Assembly (NCBI GenBank): GCA_046861645.1
Contig: JBHHUM010000011.1
Span: 1-45,322, forward strand
Length of the DNA stretch: 45,322 nucleotides
Direction: 5' to 3'
DNA from: Fidelibacterota bacterium
GTDB lineage: Bacteria; Fidelibacterota; Marinisomatia; Marinisomatales; UBA2128
A model generated the notes under the pieces. The model worked only from the letters and a program-made list of their open reading frames with translations, did not search any database and was not told the origin of the DNA. Positions within the stretch are counted from its first letter, which is position 1. Every line of letters starts with the position of its first letter. A program made the translations under genes and the position numbers. Positions 1 to 9,128 of the stretch are shown one piece after another.

Positions 1-1224
1 CATTTTTAATTCTGCCGGGATGGAGAGATAGTATCTAACGAATGTTTTGTCCAGGAACGGTGTGCGGGCCTCCAGTCCGTTGGAGCTGATACTGCGATCA
101 GAACGAAGAACGTCAAACAAATATAGTTCCTTCACCAGCCGTTCACTCTCCTTCTGCAGTGCATCCGGTGAGGTAGCATTCTTGAGATAGACATATCCAC
201 AGCAGACCTCATCACTGCCGTCACCGTTGAAAACCACCTTACAGTCGGAATTTTCTCTGATAAACCTGGAGACAAGATAGTTCCCCACACTGGCCCGAAC
301 GGTTGTTGTATCGTAGGATTCAATATTATAGATCACCGTTTTTATTGCTTCCAAAAAGTCCTCTTCAGACATCTCAATCTGATGATGGATTGTCCCCAAA
401 TGATCTGCTGCACTCTGAGCATATTCCAGGTCAATGCTGCCGGGAATTCCGATGGAAAAGGTTTTGAGCATATTTCCATTGTTGTGCTGGGCAACCAACG
501 CTGTAATCAGGCTGGAGTCCAGCCCACCGGATAAAAGACAACCAATTTCCCGTTCTGCCATCATCCTTTTTTCTACGGCATGAGATAATAATTCACAAAT
601 ACGATCGCAGATTTCATCCTCTGTCCCAATAGCGGTTTCATTATTACTGTAATGAAAATAACGATGGAAAAAATTCCGCTCACGGGAACTCCACCAGCAT
701 CCCGGCGGAAAAGGTTGTATTGAATCACAAATCCCAACCATGGGTTTGGCTTCAGAGGCAATAAAGATTTCCACTCCCTTTTTACCTATGAACCCGGGAC
801 GAACACCCATGGGGTCGCGGCCAACGTAAAAGGTTTTCGACGTATCATCATAGAGGACAAACATAAATACGCCGTCTAATTCTCTCACCGTCTGTTCAAT
901 ACCGAATTTCTTGTATAGAAAAAGAATTATTTCACAGTCAGAACCCGTCTCCAGGGTGAAACCGTATTTTTCAGCCAGTTCCAAATAATTGTAGATCTCA
1001 CCATTACAAATCAGTGTCAATGATGGATCTTGAGGATGCTGCATGGGCTGGTCTCCTGTTTCGGAAACTCCCATGATAGCGAGCCTATGAAACGTAAAAA
1101 TGGAGTTATTATTCAGTTCTATAATATGAGTGTTTTCCGGTCCTCTGTATTTGATTTTATACGCATGGTCTCTAAGCTCTTTCCACGACAGATTTCCTCC
1201 GAGATAGGCAAATATTCCGCACAT
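1..1224 (-). CDS. asnB: Asparagine synthase (glutamine-hydrolysing), 3' end beyond window edge
   Basis: Manual translation from ATG at 1224: MCGIFAYL (Ntn catalytic Cys2), HRLAIM, CNGEIYNY, RDPMGVRP, LLSGGLDSS, FNGDGSDE, DVLRSDR, EARTPFLD. SD-like AGAGGAG upstream. Absent from the ORF track, presumably because its stop lies outside the window. Confidence 0.96.
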   Translation of the reverse strand, partial: MCGIFAYLGGNLSWKELRDHAYKIKYRGPENTHIIELNNNSIFTFHRLAIMGVSETGDQPMQHPQDPSLTLICNGEIYNYLELAEKYGFTLETGSDCEIILFLYKKFGIEQTVRELDGVFMFVLYDDTSKTFYVGRDPMGVRPGFIGKKGVEIFIASEAKPMVGICDSIQPFPPGCWWSSRERNFFHRYFHYSNNETAIGTEDEICDRICELLSHAVEKRMMAEREIGCLLSGGLDSSLITALVAQHNNGNMLKTFSIGIPGSIDLEYAQSAADHLGTIHHQIEMSEEDFLEAIKTVIYNIESYDTTTVRASVGNYLVSRFIRENSDCKVVFNGDGSDEVCCGYVYLKNATSPDALQKESERLVKELYLFDVLRSDRSISSNGLEARTPFLDKTFVRYYLSIPAELKM

Positions 1225-1256
1225 TCTATTTTTGTCTCCTCTTCATGTTTACCCAT

Positions 1257-1294
1257 AAAAAAAGCCCCCATGACTTTCACCAGTGGGGGCTTTT
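1257..1294 (-). terminator. Intrinsic terminator (attenuator) upstream of asnB
   Basis: Minus-strand RNA AAAAGCCCCCA-C-UGGU-GAAA-GUCA-UGGGGGC-UUUUUUU: GC-rich stem, GAAA loop, 7-U tract, about 30 nt before the asnB start. Confidence 0.9.
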
Positions 1295-1332
1295 ATAATA
1301 GCTGTGTTATGGTTCTACACAGGTTCCCCCAC
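1283..1332 (-). promoter_or_regulatory. Antiterminator pairing of the asnB attenuator
   Basis: GUGGGGG (1332-1326, end of leader ORF) is perfectly complementary to CCCCCAC (1289-1283), the 5' arm of the terminator, so the two structures are mutually exclusive. Confidence 0.75.
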
Positions 1333-1404
1333 GCCCAAATTATCCGAAGGATCCTTTGGATTGGCATTATTATTGTTATTCAGGTTCTCTGTGTAGACTA
1401 TCAT
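1315..1404 (-). CDS. Asn-rich leader peptide (29 aa, MIVYTENLNNNNNANPKDPSDNLGVGEPV)
   Basis: ATG 1404 to TAG 1315; 8 Asn codons including 5 in tandem (AAT AAC AAT AAT AAT); directly upstream of a terminator and of asparagine synthase. Confidence 0.85.
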   Translation of the reverse strand: MIVYTENLNNNNNANPKDPSDNLGVGEPV

Positions 1405-1420
1405 TGATATTCCGGTACTA

Positions 1421-1448
1421 ATAATAAGTCATAATTGCACTGATGCAA
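1421..1448 (-). promoter_or_regulatory. Putative sigma70 promoter of leader-asnB
   Basis: TTGCAT-N16-TATTAT on the minus strand, 16 nt before the leader ATG; overlaps the palindrome TTGCA-N4-TGCAA (1435-1448). Confidence 0.45.
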
Positions 1449-1468
1449 AGTATAATTTCTAAACCCAA

Positions 1469-2914
1469 TTAGGCTACAGTCTTTACCGTAATATCGAGAA
1501 GAAATCCAGGTACAATCCCTAACAGGAGTACCACCGCAACCAGAAGTACAATTAGTCCCACAGTTAAAATACCGGCAACCGGACGGAAGACTTCTACTTC
1601 CTCTCGCATGTACATGTTCACTACCAACCGGAGATAGTAGTAGACTGACACAAGAGTGTTTAAGACAGCAATGATTACCAGCCAGATGTATCCTTTCGCC
1701 ACTACAGCGGAAAAGAGTCCATACTTGGCGGCAAACCCAGCCGTAGGCGGAAAACCTGCCAGCGAGATCATGAAGAGAGCCATAGCGGCTGAGAGCCATG
1801 GGTGCCGGGAGGCAAGTCCCCGATAGTCCTCAAATGCTACACCGTGTTCCTCCCTCTCTGCTACAGCAATGATGGCAAAGGCGCCCAGGTTCATGGCAGA
1901 ATAGACCACCAGATAGAAGAGTATGGCACCCCGACTGGCACTGTCCAACACCAGCACACCCATAGCCAGATAACCAGCATGGGAGATACTGGAGAAGGCG
2001 AGCATCCGCTTTACATTAGACTGCACCAGCGCAGAGATGTTACCAACAGTCATGGTCAGTGCGGCCAAGATCCAGAGTAGAATCTGCCATTCGCCATGAA
2101 CCTCAGGGAAAGCCGTTGTAAAGACCTTTAACAGGGCTCCGAAACCGGCCGCTTTGGGCGCCGTACAGAGAAATGCTGTCACCGTTGTGGGTGCTCCCTG
2201 ATATACATCCGGCGACCACATGTGGAACGGCGCCAGAGCTACCTTAAAGGCAAAACCGATGAGCAACAAGCCGATCCCGAGCGAGAGGAAAACATCTGAA
2301 AGAATAGTTCCGGAAGTGATAGCCGAGGCAATTCTATCAAAGTTCGTTGTCCCTGTAGCTCCGTAGGTCAAAGCCGCTCCAAAGAGGAAGAATCCGGTGG
2401 CGAAAGCGCCCAGCAGGAGGTACTTCAACCCGGACTCGTTGCTGTAGAGATTGTGCCGCAGGAAGCCCACCAGTACATAGAGTGACAGAGAAAGAAGTTC
2501 CAGTCCAAGGAAGACAATCACCAAATCGTTGGCCTGCGTCATGAGCATCATCCCGATAACGGCGAAAAGTATGAGAGCCGGATATTCTCCCCGGGACTCA
2601 CTCTCCTTTTTCTCCAGGTATCCCTGAGATAGAATCAGCGTCGACAATCCCACAGCCAGATAGAGAAAGTCGAGGAAGATGGAAAAGCGGTTCAGCCGCA
2701 GCATCCCGCCAAATAGGACACGTTCTTCACCTCCAGTCTGTAACAGAGCGCCCCCAGCCAGAACGATACCAATTGCCGCTACGAGCAACATTATCCCTGG
2801 TCGACTCAGCTGGGCCATTTCCAGTGTCAAAACCAGGAGGGCAGTTACTACCAGAATTATCACTGGGGCGCTACCTGCCAGGTCTACAGAGGTGAAATAT
2901 TGACTTAGATCCAT
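1469..2914 (-). CDS. nuoN: NADH-quinone oxidoreductase subunit N (cluster 2)
   Basis: ESGLKYLLLGAFA, FKVALAPFHMWSPDVYQGAP, KRMLAFSSISHAGY, AGFPPTAGF motifs. Confidence 0.96.
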   Translation of the reverse strand: MDLSQYFTSVDLAGSAPVIILVVTALLVLTLEMAQLSRPGIMLLVAAIGIVLAGGALLQTGGEERVLFGGMLRLNRFSIFLDFLYLAVGLSTLILSQGYLEKKESESRGEYPALILFAVIGMMLMTQANDLVIVFLGLELLSLSLYVLVGFLRHNLYSNESGLKYLLLGAFATGFFLFGAALTYGATGTTNFDRIASAITSGTILSDVFLSLGIGLLLIGFAFKVALAPFHMWSPDVYQGAPTTVTAFLCTAPKAAGFGALLKVFTTAFPEVHGEWQILLWILAALTMTVGNISALVQSNVKRMLAFSSISHAGYLAMGVLVLDSASRGAILFYLVVYSAMNLGAFAIIAVAEREEHGVAFEDYRGLASRHPWLSAAMALFMISLAGFPPTAGFAAKYGLFSAVVAKGYIWLVIIAVLNTLVSVYYYLRLVVNMYMREEVEVFRPVAGILTVGLIVLLVAVVLLLGIVPGFLLDITVKTVA

Positions 2915-2918
2915 AATC

Positions 2919-4418
2919 TCAAGTGAAGAAAAGCAATGAAACTACAACAAAAATGGGAATCAGAATGGGAATCGAGTACCTTATCATGTAACCAAAAAAG
3001 CTAGGCATTTTAACGCCGCTCTGTTCGGCGATAGATTTTACCATGAAGTTGGGAGCGTTCCCGATATAAGTGTTGGCTCCCATGAACACCGCTCCCGTAG
3101 AGATTGCCAGCAACGTGTTATGGTGAGTAGTCATCAATTCCAGGGCATTACCACCAGCAGTGTTAAAGAATACCAGATAGGTCGGGGCATTATCAAGAAA
3201 GCTGGATAGAATTCCTGTAGCCCAGAAGTACATATAGTTGATGGGATTGCCACCAGATGAAACCGATTGGATGACGCTTTTCAAGACACCCTGTTCACCA
3301 GCCCGCAGGATGGCAATGGCCGGAATGATGGTAATAAATATTCCCGCAAACAACTTCGCCACTTCCTGTATGGGAAACCAGGAAAAATCGTTCTCCTCCC
3401 GAACCCTTCGTGGTGTCACCTTCCAGCTTACCAGAGCCAACAGTAACAGTAACAGATCCCGAACTACATTTTGCAATTCCATGTGTAATTCGAAGGCGTG
3501 ACCGTTCTGCACAAAGTGATAAAGAGGAATCAATGCACCAGGCCGCCAAAAACCGCTTAGCAACACTGCACCAATAACGCCAACTAAAAGAAAAAAATTA
3601 AATGACCCCTCCAGACCTAACTTTTTCTCATCACGAGGGACCTCTGCATCAGGTAACACCTCCTTCTTAAAGTAATAGGAATCCAAGGTGTAGAAAATGA
3701 TAAGTAACAGGGTGACAACGAATATCATAGGAATGAACATGGCACTGGTGGTCCAGAAAAAATCCACTCCTTTCAGAAAACCTAGAAAGAGGGGCGGATC
3801 GCCCAAGGGCGTCAGTGAGCCACCGATATTGGCCACTAAAAAAATAAAAAACACGATGACGTGAACTTTATGTTTCCGTTGCATATTAGCTCTCAGCAGC
3901 GGTCGGACGATCAACATGGCAGCTCCAGTAGTACCCATCCAACTGGCGAGGATAGTACCTACCAGGATAAGTCCGGTATTCAGGATAGGAGTTCCTACCA
4001 GGGTTCCGATCAGACGGATCCCTCCTGAAATGGTAAAAAGTGCTAGCAGCAATATGATAAACGGGAAATATTCCAAAAACATCGCATGGAAAAGTTCATA
4101 GGTGACAACCTGAAGATTAAACTCGAATATCATGGGAATTAGTAACACCAGGGCCCAGAAAGCCGATACCTTTCCAAAGTTATGATGCCAGAATTGTGGT
4201 GCAATCAAAGGGAAAATGGCTATGGAGAAGAGAATCCCCGCAAAGGGAAAAGCCCATGGTAATCCTAACTCATCACCCGGTAGAGGGGAATGGTGCACAT
4301 CAGAACTCTCCACGAGGGTCTCTTGCTGAAGAATCTGATTATCATGAAGAGTATCTCCCCCCCAACTGAGTGCGGGAATTGTGCAAAAAATCAGCAGCAG
4401 TAGAATCGGCTTTTTCAC
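2919..4418 (-). CDS. Ion-transporter superfamily membrane protein (putative sodium:proton antiporter, CitMHS_2/DUF1646-like)
   Basis: Polytopic; GTTGAAML, VANIGGSLTPLGDPPLFLGFLKGV, SSFLDNAPTY, GANTYIGNAPNFMV motifs; GTG start overlaps the nuoM stop; N-terminal signal-like segment. Confidence 0.85.
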   Translation of the reverse strand: MKKPILLLLIFCTIPALSWGGDTLHDNQILQQETLVESSDVHHSPLPGDELGLPWAFPFAGILFSIAIFPLIAPQFWHHNFGKVSAFWALVLLIPMIFEFNLQVVTYELFHAMFLEYFPFIILLLALFTISGGIRLIGTLVGTPILNTGLILVGTILASWMGTTGAAMLIVRPLLRANMQRKHKVHVIVFFIFLVANIGGSLTPLGDPPLFLGFLKGVDFFWTTSAMFIPMIFVVTLLLIIFYTLDSYYFKKEVLPDAEVPRDEKKLGLEGSFNFFLLVGVIGAVLLSGFWRPGALIPLYHFVQNGHAFELHMELQNVVRDLLLLLLALVSWKVTPRRVREENDFSWFPIQEVAKLFAGIFITIIPAIAILRAGEQGVLKSVIQSVSSGGNPINYMYFWATGILSSFLDNAPTYLVFFNTAGGNALELMTTHHNTLLAISTGAVFMGANTYIGNAPNFMVKSIAEQSGVKMPSFFGYMIRYSIPILIPIFVVVSLLFFT

Positions 4419-5965
4419 TCCAGTTCCTCCTCAGATTCTCCTTCAAAGTATACCAGTGGAACGATTTCTCTCTCTACAGTTGCGGTTTGATAATCCTTCA
4501 GCAATTTGTTCACGGACGGGTCAATCTTCTCTAAAAACGGCTGAGGATAAACACCCAACCCGAACAGCAAGGCTACTATGGGTCCGATAGCTATCCACTC
4601 CCGGGGAACTAGATCCATTAATTTCACATTTTCACCACCCACAGGACCAAAGAAAACTCGTTCTACCATCCAGAGCAGATAGACCGCTGCCAAGATGATG
4701 CCTAGAGCCGCAACGACCACTGCTGTGGGATGGGATTTATAGGAACCAGACAGGATTAGAAATTCACCTACAAAGCTGTTCAATCCAGGTAGTCCCAACG
4801 AAGCCAACACCACAATCACAAAGCAGGTAGAATAGTGCGGGATAGACCGTGCCAGACCACCGAAATCTGTTATTATCCGCGTGTGCCTTCGATCATAGAG
4901 TATCCCTACCAAGAGGAAAAGGGCGCCTGTAGCCAGACCGTGGTTGACCATCTGAATGATACTTCCCGACAGACTCCGGGAAGTAAGAGCAAAGATACCC
5001 AGCACGACAAACCCCAGGTGACTGACACTGGAAAACGCTACTAATCTCTTCAGATCAGGTTGTACCATTGCCATGAGAGCTCCGTAAATGATTCCTATCA
5101 CTGCCAGAGCAATTACCAGCGGTATGAATTCCTTCATACCCAGGGGGAAAAGGGGCAGGCAGAAGCGGAGGAAACCGTAGCCTCCCATTTTCAGTAAGAC
5201 TCCAGCCAGAAGGATGGAGCCAGCAGTGGGGGCTTCAGTGTGCGCATCAGGTAACCAGGTATGTAACGGAAACAGGGGGATTTTAATGGCGAAGCTGAGG
5301 GCAAAGGCCAGGAAGAGCCAATACTGAGTTCCCGACGAGAGAATCAGACGGCTGATGTCTTCGTAAGCCAAGGAAGATGCCCCCAGCTGCGCCAAAGTCT
5401 GACTATAGAGATAAATGATCCCAACCAGCATTAACAGAGAGCCTAACATGGTAAATAGTACGAATTTAAGTGCGGCATAAATACGTTTACCTGATCCCCA
5501 GACACCAATGAGGAAATACATGGGAATCAACATCGCTTCCCAGAATATATAAAAAAAGAAAAGATCGAGGGCGCTAAAAACTCCTATCATGGCACTCTCC
5601 ATTATTAACAGAGAGATCATAAACCCCATCACCCCTTTTTGCACAGACTGCCAAGACGCCAGCACCGCCACAGGTACCAGCAACGAGGTCAGTAGAATCA
5701 GGAAGAGTGAGATGCCGTCAATTCCTACAAAATAGGTGATGCCCCAAGCGGGTATCCACGATACCTGCTCAACAAATTGAAAGTCAGCCGTTGCTTTGAA
5801 ATTAATAAATAGAAATAGCGATATAATGAATTCTACCCCGGAAATGAACAGTACTCCCCACCTGGTCGAGTCAGCTCCAGCTTTGTGCATAAGTAGCAGT
5901 AATCCCGCTCCGGTTAGAGGTAATAGAATCAGAACCGAAAGAATATGTTCACTCAACCAGTTCAT
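4415..5965 (-). CDS. nuoM: NADH-quinone oxidoreductase subunit M (cluster 2)
   Basis: FWEAMLIPMY, AIKIPLFPLHTWLPDAHTEAPT, LLKMGGYG, NSFVGEF motifs. Confidence 0.97.
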   Translation of the reverse strand: MNWLSEHILSVLILLPLTGAGLLLLMHKAGADSTRWGVLFISGVEFIISLFLFINFKATADFQFVEQVSWIPAWGITYFVGIDGISLFLILLTSLLVPVAVLASWQSVQKGVMGFMISLLIMESAMIGVFSALDLFFFYIFWEAMLIPMYFLIGVWGSGKRIYAALKFVLFTMLGSLLMLVGIIYLYSQTLAQLGASSLAYEDISRLILSSGTQYWLFLAFALSFAIKIPLFPLHTWLPDAHTEAPTAGSILLAGVLLKMGGYGFLRFCLPLFPLGMKEFIPLVIALAVIGIIYGALMAMVQPDLKRLVAFSSVSHLGFVVLGIFALTSRSLSGSIIQMVNHGLATGALFLLVGILYDRRHTRIITDFGGLARSIPHYSTCFVIVVLASLGLPGLNSFVGEFLILSGSYKSHPTAVVVAALGIILAAVYLLWMVERVFFGPVGGENVKLMDLVPREWIAIGPIVALLFGLGVYPQPFLEKIDPSVNKLLKDYQTATVEREIVPLVYFEGESEEELE

Positions 5966-7845
5966 ATCAGGAAGACATAAAAGACCATCAGAATTACACC
6001 AAGGAAAATGATGGCGGCATAGTTTTGTATCACTCCAGTTTGTATTCTGCTGAATAAGCTGGAGACTTTTGATGTCACCGAACCCAGACCATTTACTATA
6101 CCATCGATAACACGGATATCAAATCCCTTCCAGATAGCTTCACTCCCTTTGCGGGCAGGTTGCACAATGGTGACTTCGTAAAGTTCGTCCACATAATATT
6201 TGCGAGCTACAAATCGCCGCCAACCTTTAGGTATCTCGTCTAATTGACCAGCGCTATATCGTCGGAAAGCATAATAAAGTCCCACCAATGCTCCCAGGAT
6301 AGAAAGTATCATAGCAGACACTTCTGATAAAACTAAATCTTGGGAAAAGTGACCGTTGACATCCTCTATCGTTCCAGAAAGGAAATGGTGAAAGTGGTTA
6401 TTTCCACTTAATACCTCCGGAATACCTATCCAACCACCGACCACCGAGAATCCAGCTAATACCATTAAAGGTACAGTCATAACAGTTGGGGATTCATGGG
6501 GAGAGACCTCTTTCGACCAGCGTTGTCCACCATGGAAGGTCTGGAAGAGTAACCGGAACATATAGAATGCGGTCAGGATGGCCGTAAGCAGTCCCGTTAA
6601 AAAGATGAAATCGCCACCTTTCGAAGAGCTGTAAGTGTACCACAGGATCTCATCCTTGGAGAAAAAACCAGAGAGGAGAGGCAATCCCGATATCGCCGCC
6701 ACTCCAATCAGCATAGTCCAATATGTCTGGGGCATCTTGCTTTTTAAGTTCCCCATCCGGCGCATGTCTTGCTCACCTCCCATTCCATGGATAACACTCC
6801 CGGCTCCCAGAAAGAGAAGTCCTTTGAAGAAAGCGTGAGTCATCAGGTGAAAGATGGCCGCACCAAAAGCACCTACACCAGCAGCCGCAAACATGTAGCC
6901 TAATTGACTAATAGTGGAGTAGGCCAGTACTTTTTTGATATCATTTTCAAAAATAGCCATTGTAGCGGCAAAAAAGGCTGTCATTATGCCAATCACAGCC
7001 ACCAGGGATAGGGCTGTAGTCGAGGCAATAAAAAGTACACTGCACCGGGCCAGGAGGTAAACTCCAGCTGTAACCATAGTTGCCGCGTGAATAAGAGCAC
7101 TCACAGGAGTAGGTCCAGCCATGGCATCTGGGAGCCAGACATAGAGAGGTATTTGAGCTGATTTTCCTACTGCTCCAAGAAAAAGAAGCAGGGTTATAGT
7201 GGTCACTAATCCTGTATCCAGTGCTCTTATCTGGTCAACTTGAAGAATATCACTGAATGCCAGGGAATCCAGGTTTACAAGAATAAGTATCATTCCTAAG
7301 AGAAACCCAAAATCACCGATCCGGTTAACAATAAAAGCCTTCTTCCCCGCTGTCGCCTTAACAGGATCCTCAAACCAGAATCCAATAAGCAAATATGAGC
7401 AAAGACCAACTCCCTCCCAGCCTAGAAAAAGTAGAAGCAGGTTATCAGCCATTACAAGATTGAGCATCATGAATATGAATAGATTAAGATAAGCAAAATA
7501 GCGCTGTATCCCTGGGTCACCTTTCATGTAACCCATGGAGTAGAGATGAATGAGGAAACCTACTCCTGTAACGATCAATACCATTACCAGTGCCAGGGCA
7601 TCCAGAGTATAGGCGATAGGAACTTGATAGGATCCGAGGGGTAGCCAGATAAACAGGGTTTGGGTAAGCGATTCATGATTTTCCAGGTAAACGTCCAGAC
7701 TCAGCAGCCCTAAACAGAAACTGATGCCCACCATTGTTGAGGCAATTACACCAGAGAAAAATTCACTCAATTTCTTACCCAGCAACCCGTTCAGCAAGAA
7801 GCCAACTAGAGGGAGAAACGGTATGAGCCAGATCGTGTTGTCCAT
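5962..7845 (-). CDS. nuoL: NADH-quinone oxidoreductase subunit L (cluster 2)
   Basis: GWEGVGLCSY, GKSAQIPLYVWLPDAMAGPTPVSALIHAATMV, FSKDEI motifs; standard-length C-terminal helix. Confidence 0.97.
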   Translation of the reverse strand: MDNTIWLIPFLPLVGFLLNGLLGKKLSEFFSGVIASTMVGISFCLGLLSLDVYLENHESLTQTLFIWLPLGSYQVPIAYTLDALALVMVLIVTGVGFLIHLYSMGYMKGDPGIQRYFAYLNLFIFMMLNLVMADNLLLLFLGWEGVGLCSYLLIGFWFEDPVKATAGKKAFIVNRIGDFGFLLGMILILVNLDSLAFSDILQVDQIRALDTGLVTTITLLLFLGAVGKSAQIPLYVWLPDAMAGPTPVSALIHAATMVTAGVYLLARCSVLFIASTTALSLVAVIGIMTAFFAATMAIFENDIKKVLAYSTISQLGYMFAAAGVGAFGAAIFHLMTHAFFKGLLFLGAGSVIHGMGGEQDMRRMGNLKSKMPQTYWTMLIGVAAISGLPLLSGFFSKDEILWYTYSSSKGGDFIFLTGLLTAILTAFYMFRLLFQTFHGGQRWSKEVSPHESPTVMTVPLMVLAGFSVVGGWIGIPEVLSGNNHFHHFLSGTIEDVNGHFSQDLVLSEVSAMILSILGALVGLYYAFRRYSAGQLDEIPKGWRRFVARKYYVDELYEVTIVQPARKGSEAIWKGFDIRVIDGIVNGLGSVTSKVSSLFSRIQTGVIQNYAAIIFLGVILMVFYVFLI

Positions 7846-7846
7846 C

Positions 7847-8152
7847 CTATCCCTTCATCAGGTTGATTTCATCCACATAAATAGTCTGCTTATTCCTGAA
7901 CAGGACCACAATAATAGCCAGTCCCACCGCCACTTCTGCTGCAGCTAAGGTCATCACCAGAAAAACAAATACCTGTCCATCTACACTATTGTAATACCGG
8001 GAGAAACCTACCAGAGCCAGATTGACAGCGTTCAACATCAACTCAATGGACATGAAAATCACCAAAGCGTTCCGCCGGAAAAGAACACCCACTACCCCTA
8101 TAGTAAAGAGGGACCCACTCAGGATAATCACATGTTCAAGGGGAACGACCAT
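7847..8152 (-). CDS. nuoK: NADH-quinone oxidoreductase subunit K (cluster 2)
   Basis: IELMLNAVN and [10 protein letters not shown] motifs, 101 aa. Confidence 0.97.
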   Translation of the reverse strand: MVVPLEHVIILSGSLFTIGVVGVLFRRNALVIFMSIELMLNAVNLALVGFSRYYNSVDGQVFVFLVMTLAAAEVAVGLAIIVVLFRNKQTIYVDEINLMKG

Positions 8153-8652
8153 TATGTTCTCCTTTTAGCCAAATAGACAGTACCAATCAGAGCTACCAAC
8201 AGTAGCAGGGATGCTACTTCGAATGGAAGCAGGTAGGTAGAGAACAGAGCCGTACCAAGAGCCCTCGCCGACCCTGCTGTGAATATTCCTGGGGCTTGAT
8301 GAAGTGCAGTATTACTGCCTACCATTAACAAGAGTAATCCACCAATAAAAAGCACTATCAGGATTAGTGAAGCTGACCGTTGTAATCGTATCAGCTTGGG
8401 GAATGCTTCTTCCCTGGCTGTATTTAATAACATGATTACGAACAGGAACAGGACCATAATAGCGCCGGCATATACCAATATTTCCAAAACCGCCAGAAAA
8501 TAAGCTTCCAAAAGCAGGTACATCACTGCTAATGAAAAGAAAGTTAACACTAACAGAATTGCACTAAAAACCGCATTGCGATTCAGTACTACTGCCAGGG
8601 CTGAAGCTAACGTCACAGCAGCGGCAAGGTAAAAGAGGGTGCTAGACAGCAT
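8152..8652 (-). CDS. nuoJ: NADH-quinone oxidoreductase subunit J (cluster 2)
   Basis: [17 protein letters not shown] and [13 protein letters not shown] motifs. Confidence 0.96.
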   Translation of the reverse strand: MLSSTLFYLAAAVTLASALAVVLNRNAVFSAILLVLTFFSLAVMYLLLEAYFLAVLEILVYAGAIMVLFLFVIMLLNTAREEAFPKLIRLQRSASLILIVLFIGGLLLLMVGSNTALHQAPGIFTAGSARALGTALFSTYLLPFEVASLLLLVALIGTVYLAKRRT

Positions 8653-8667
8653 TCAAAACTCCTGCTG

Positions 8668-8720
8668 AGGTGTAAGAGGATGGAATGTAGAGGAGTTATG
8701 GTGTTGGGGTGCTGGGGTTA
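8668..8720. repeat. Degenerate ~8-bp-period repeat tract, inverted partner of the tract at 9130-9180
   Basis: G-rich tract (atggaatgtagaggagt..ggtgttggggtgctgggg) partly complementary to the C-rich periodic tract at 9130-9180 (reverse complement atggaagcaggggaat). Confidence 0.5.
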
Positions 8721-8729
8721 AAATGAGTT

Positions 8730-9128
8730 TCATCTGCTACCCTCCAGTATCCATGGTTTTGGTTTGTCTATCATATTCACAAGTTTTCCTATTATGTTAT
8801 CATACTTTTTATAGTGATTTGCTTTTGTCCTTTCTCCAAGATAATCGCCATTTTCGAAAAACTCTAACCAAGTCTGCATCTCAGCGGTTTCAGCCTCAGC
8901 TTCATTCAATTTGTTAACGAAAGCCCCCTCTTATTATCTTCTTCAAGCCTTGGCAACGTTTGAGTAAACGGACCGAGATGACTTTCGCATTTGGTCAGAG
9001 AGAGAAAACTTTTCTTCAGTTAAGAATTTTTTTGTTAGTCTGAATATATCCATGACAGCATCGAAAGCTAACTTATGTATATCCAAATCTTCATGACTCC
9101 AAACAAGTTTCCTTTCATCACTCTTCAT
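8730..9128 (-). pseudogene. Four-helix-bundle protein (23S rRNA intervening-sequence protein family) pseudogene
   Basis: HEDLDIHKLAF..EEKFSLSDQMRKSSRSVYSNVAKA, then in-frame stops (TGA, TAA TAA), then EGAFVNKLNEAEAETAEMQTWLEF, then frameshifts to YDNIIGKLVNMIDKPKPW, stop at 8730. Confidence 0.85.

Noticed and set aside
1030..1407. 125-aa plus-strand ORF (and small ORFs 132-323, 573-761)
   Set aside because: Antisense or off-frame shadows of asnB and its leader; no recognisable motifs.
1401..1799. 132-aa Cys-rich minus-strand ORF whose stop overlaps the leader ATG
   Set aside because: Lies mostly in an alternative frame of nuoN with no family features; the overlap is probably coincidental.
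8930..8945. TGA recoding (Trp or Sec) or alternative genetic code in the four-helix-bundle gene
   Set aside because: TAA TAA and frameshifts follow, and other genes use TGA as a normal stop, so decay is the simpler explanation.
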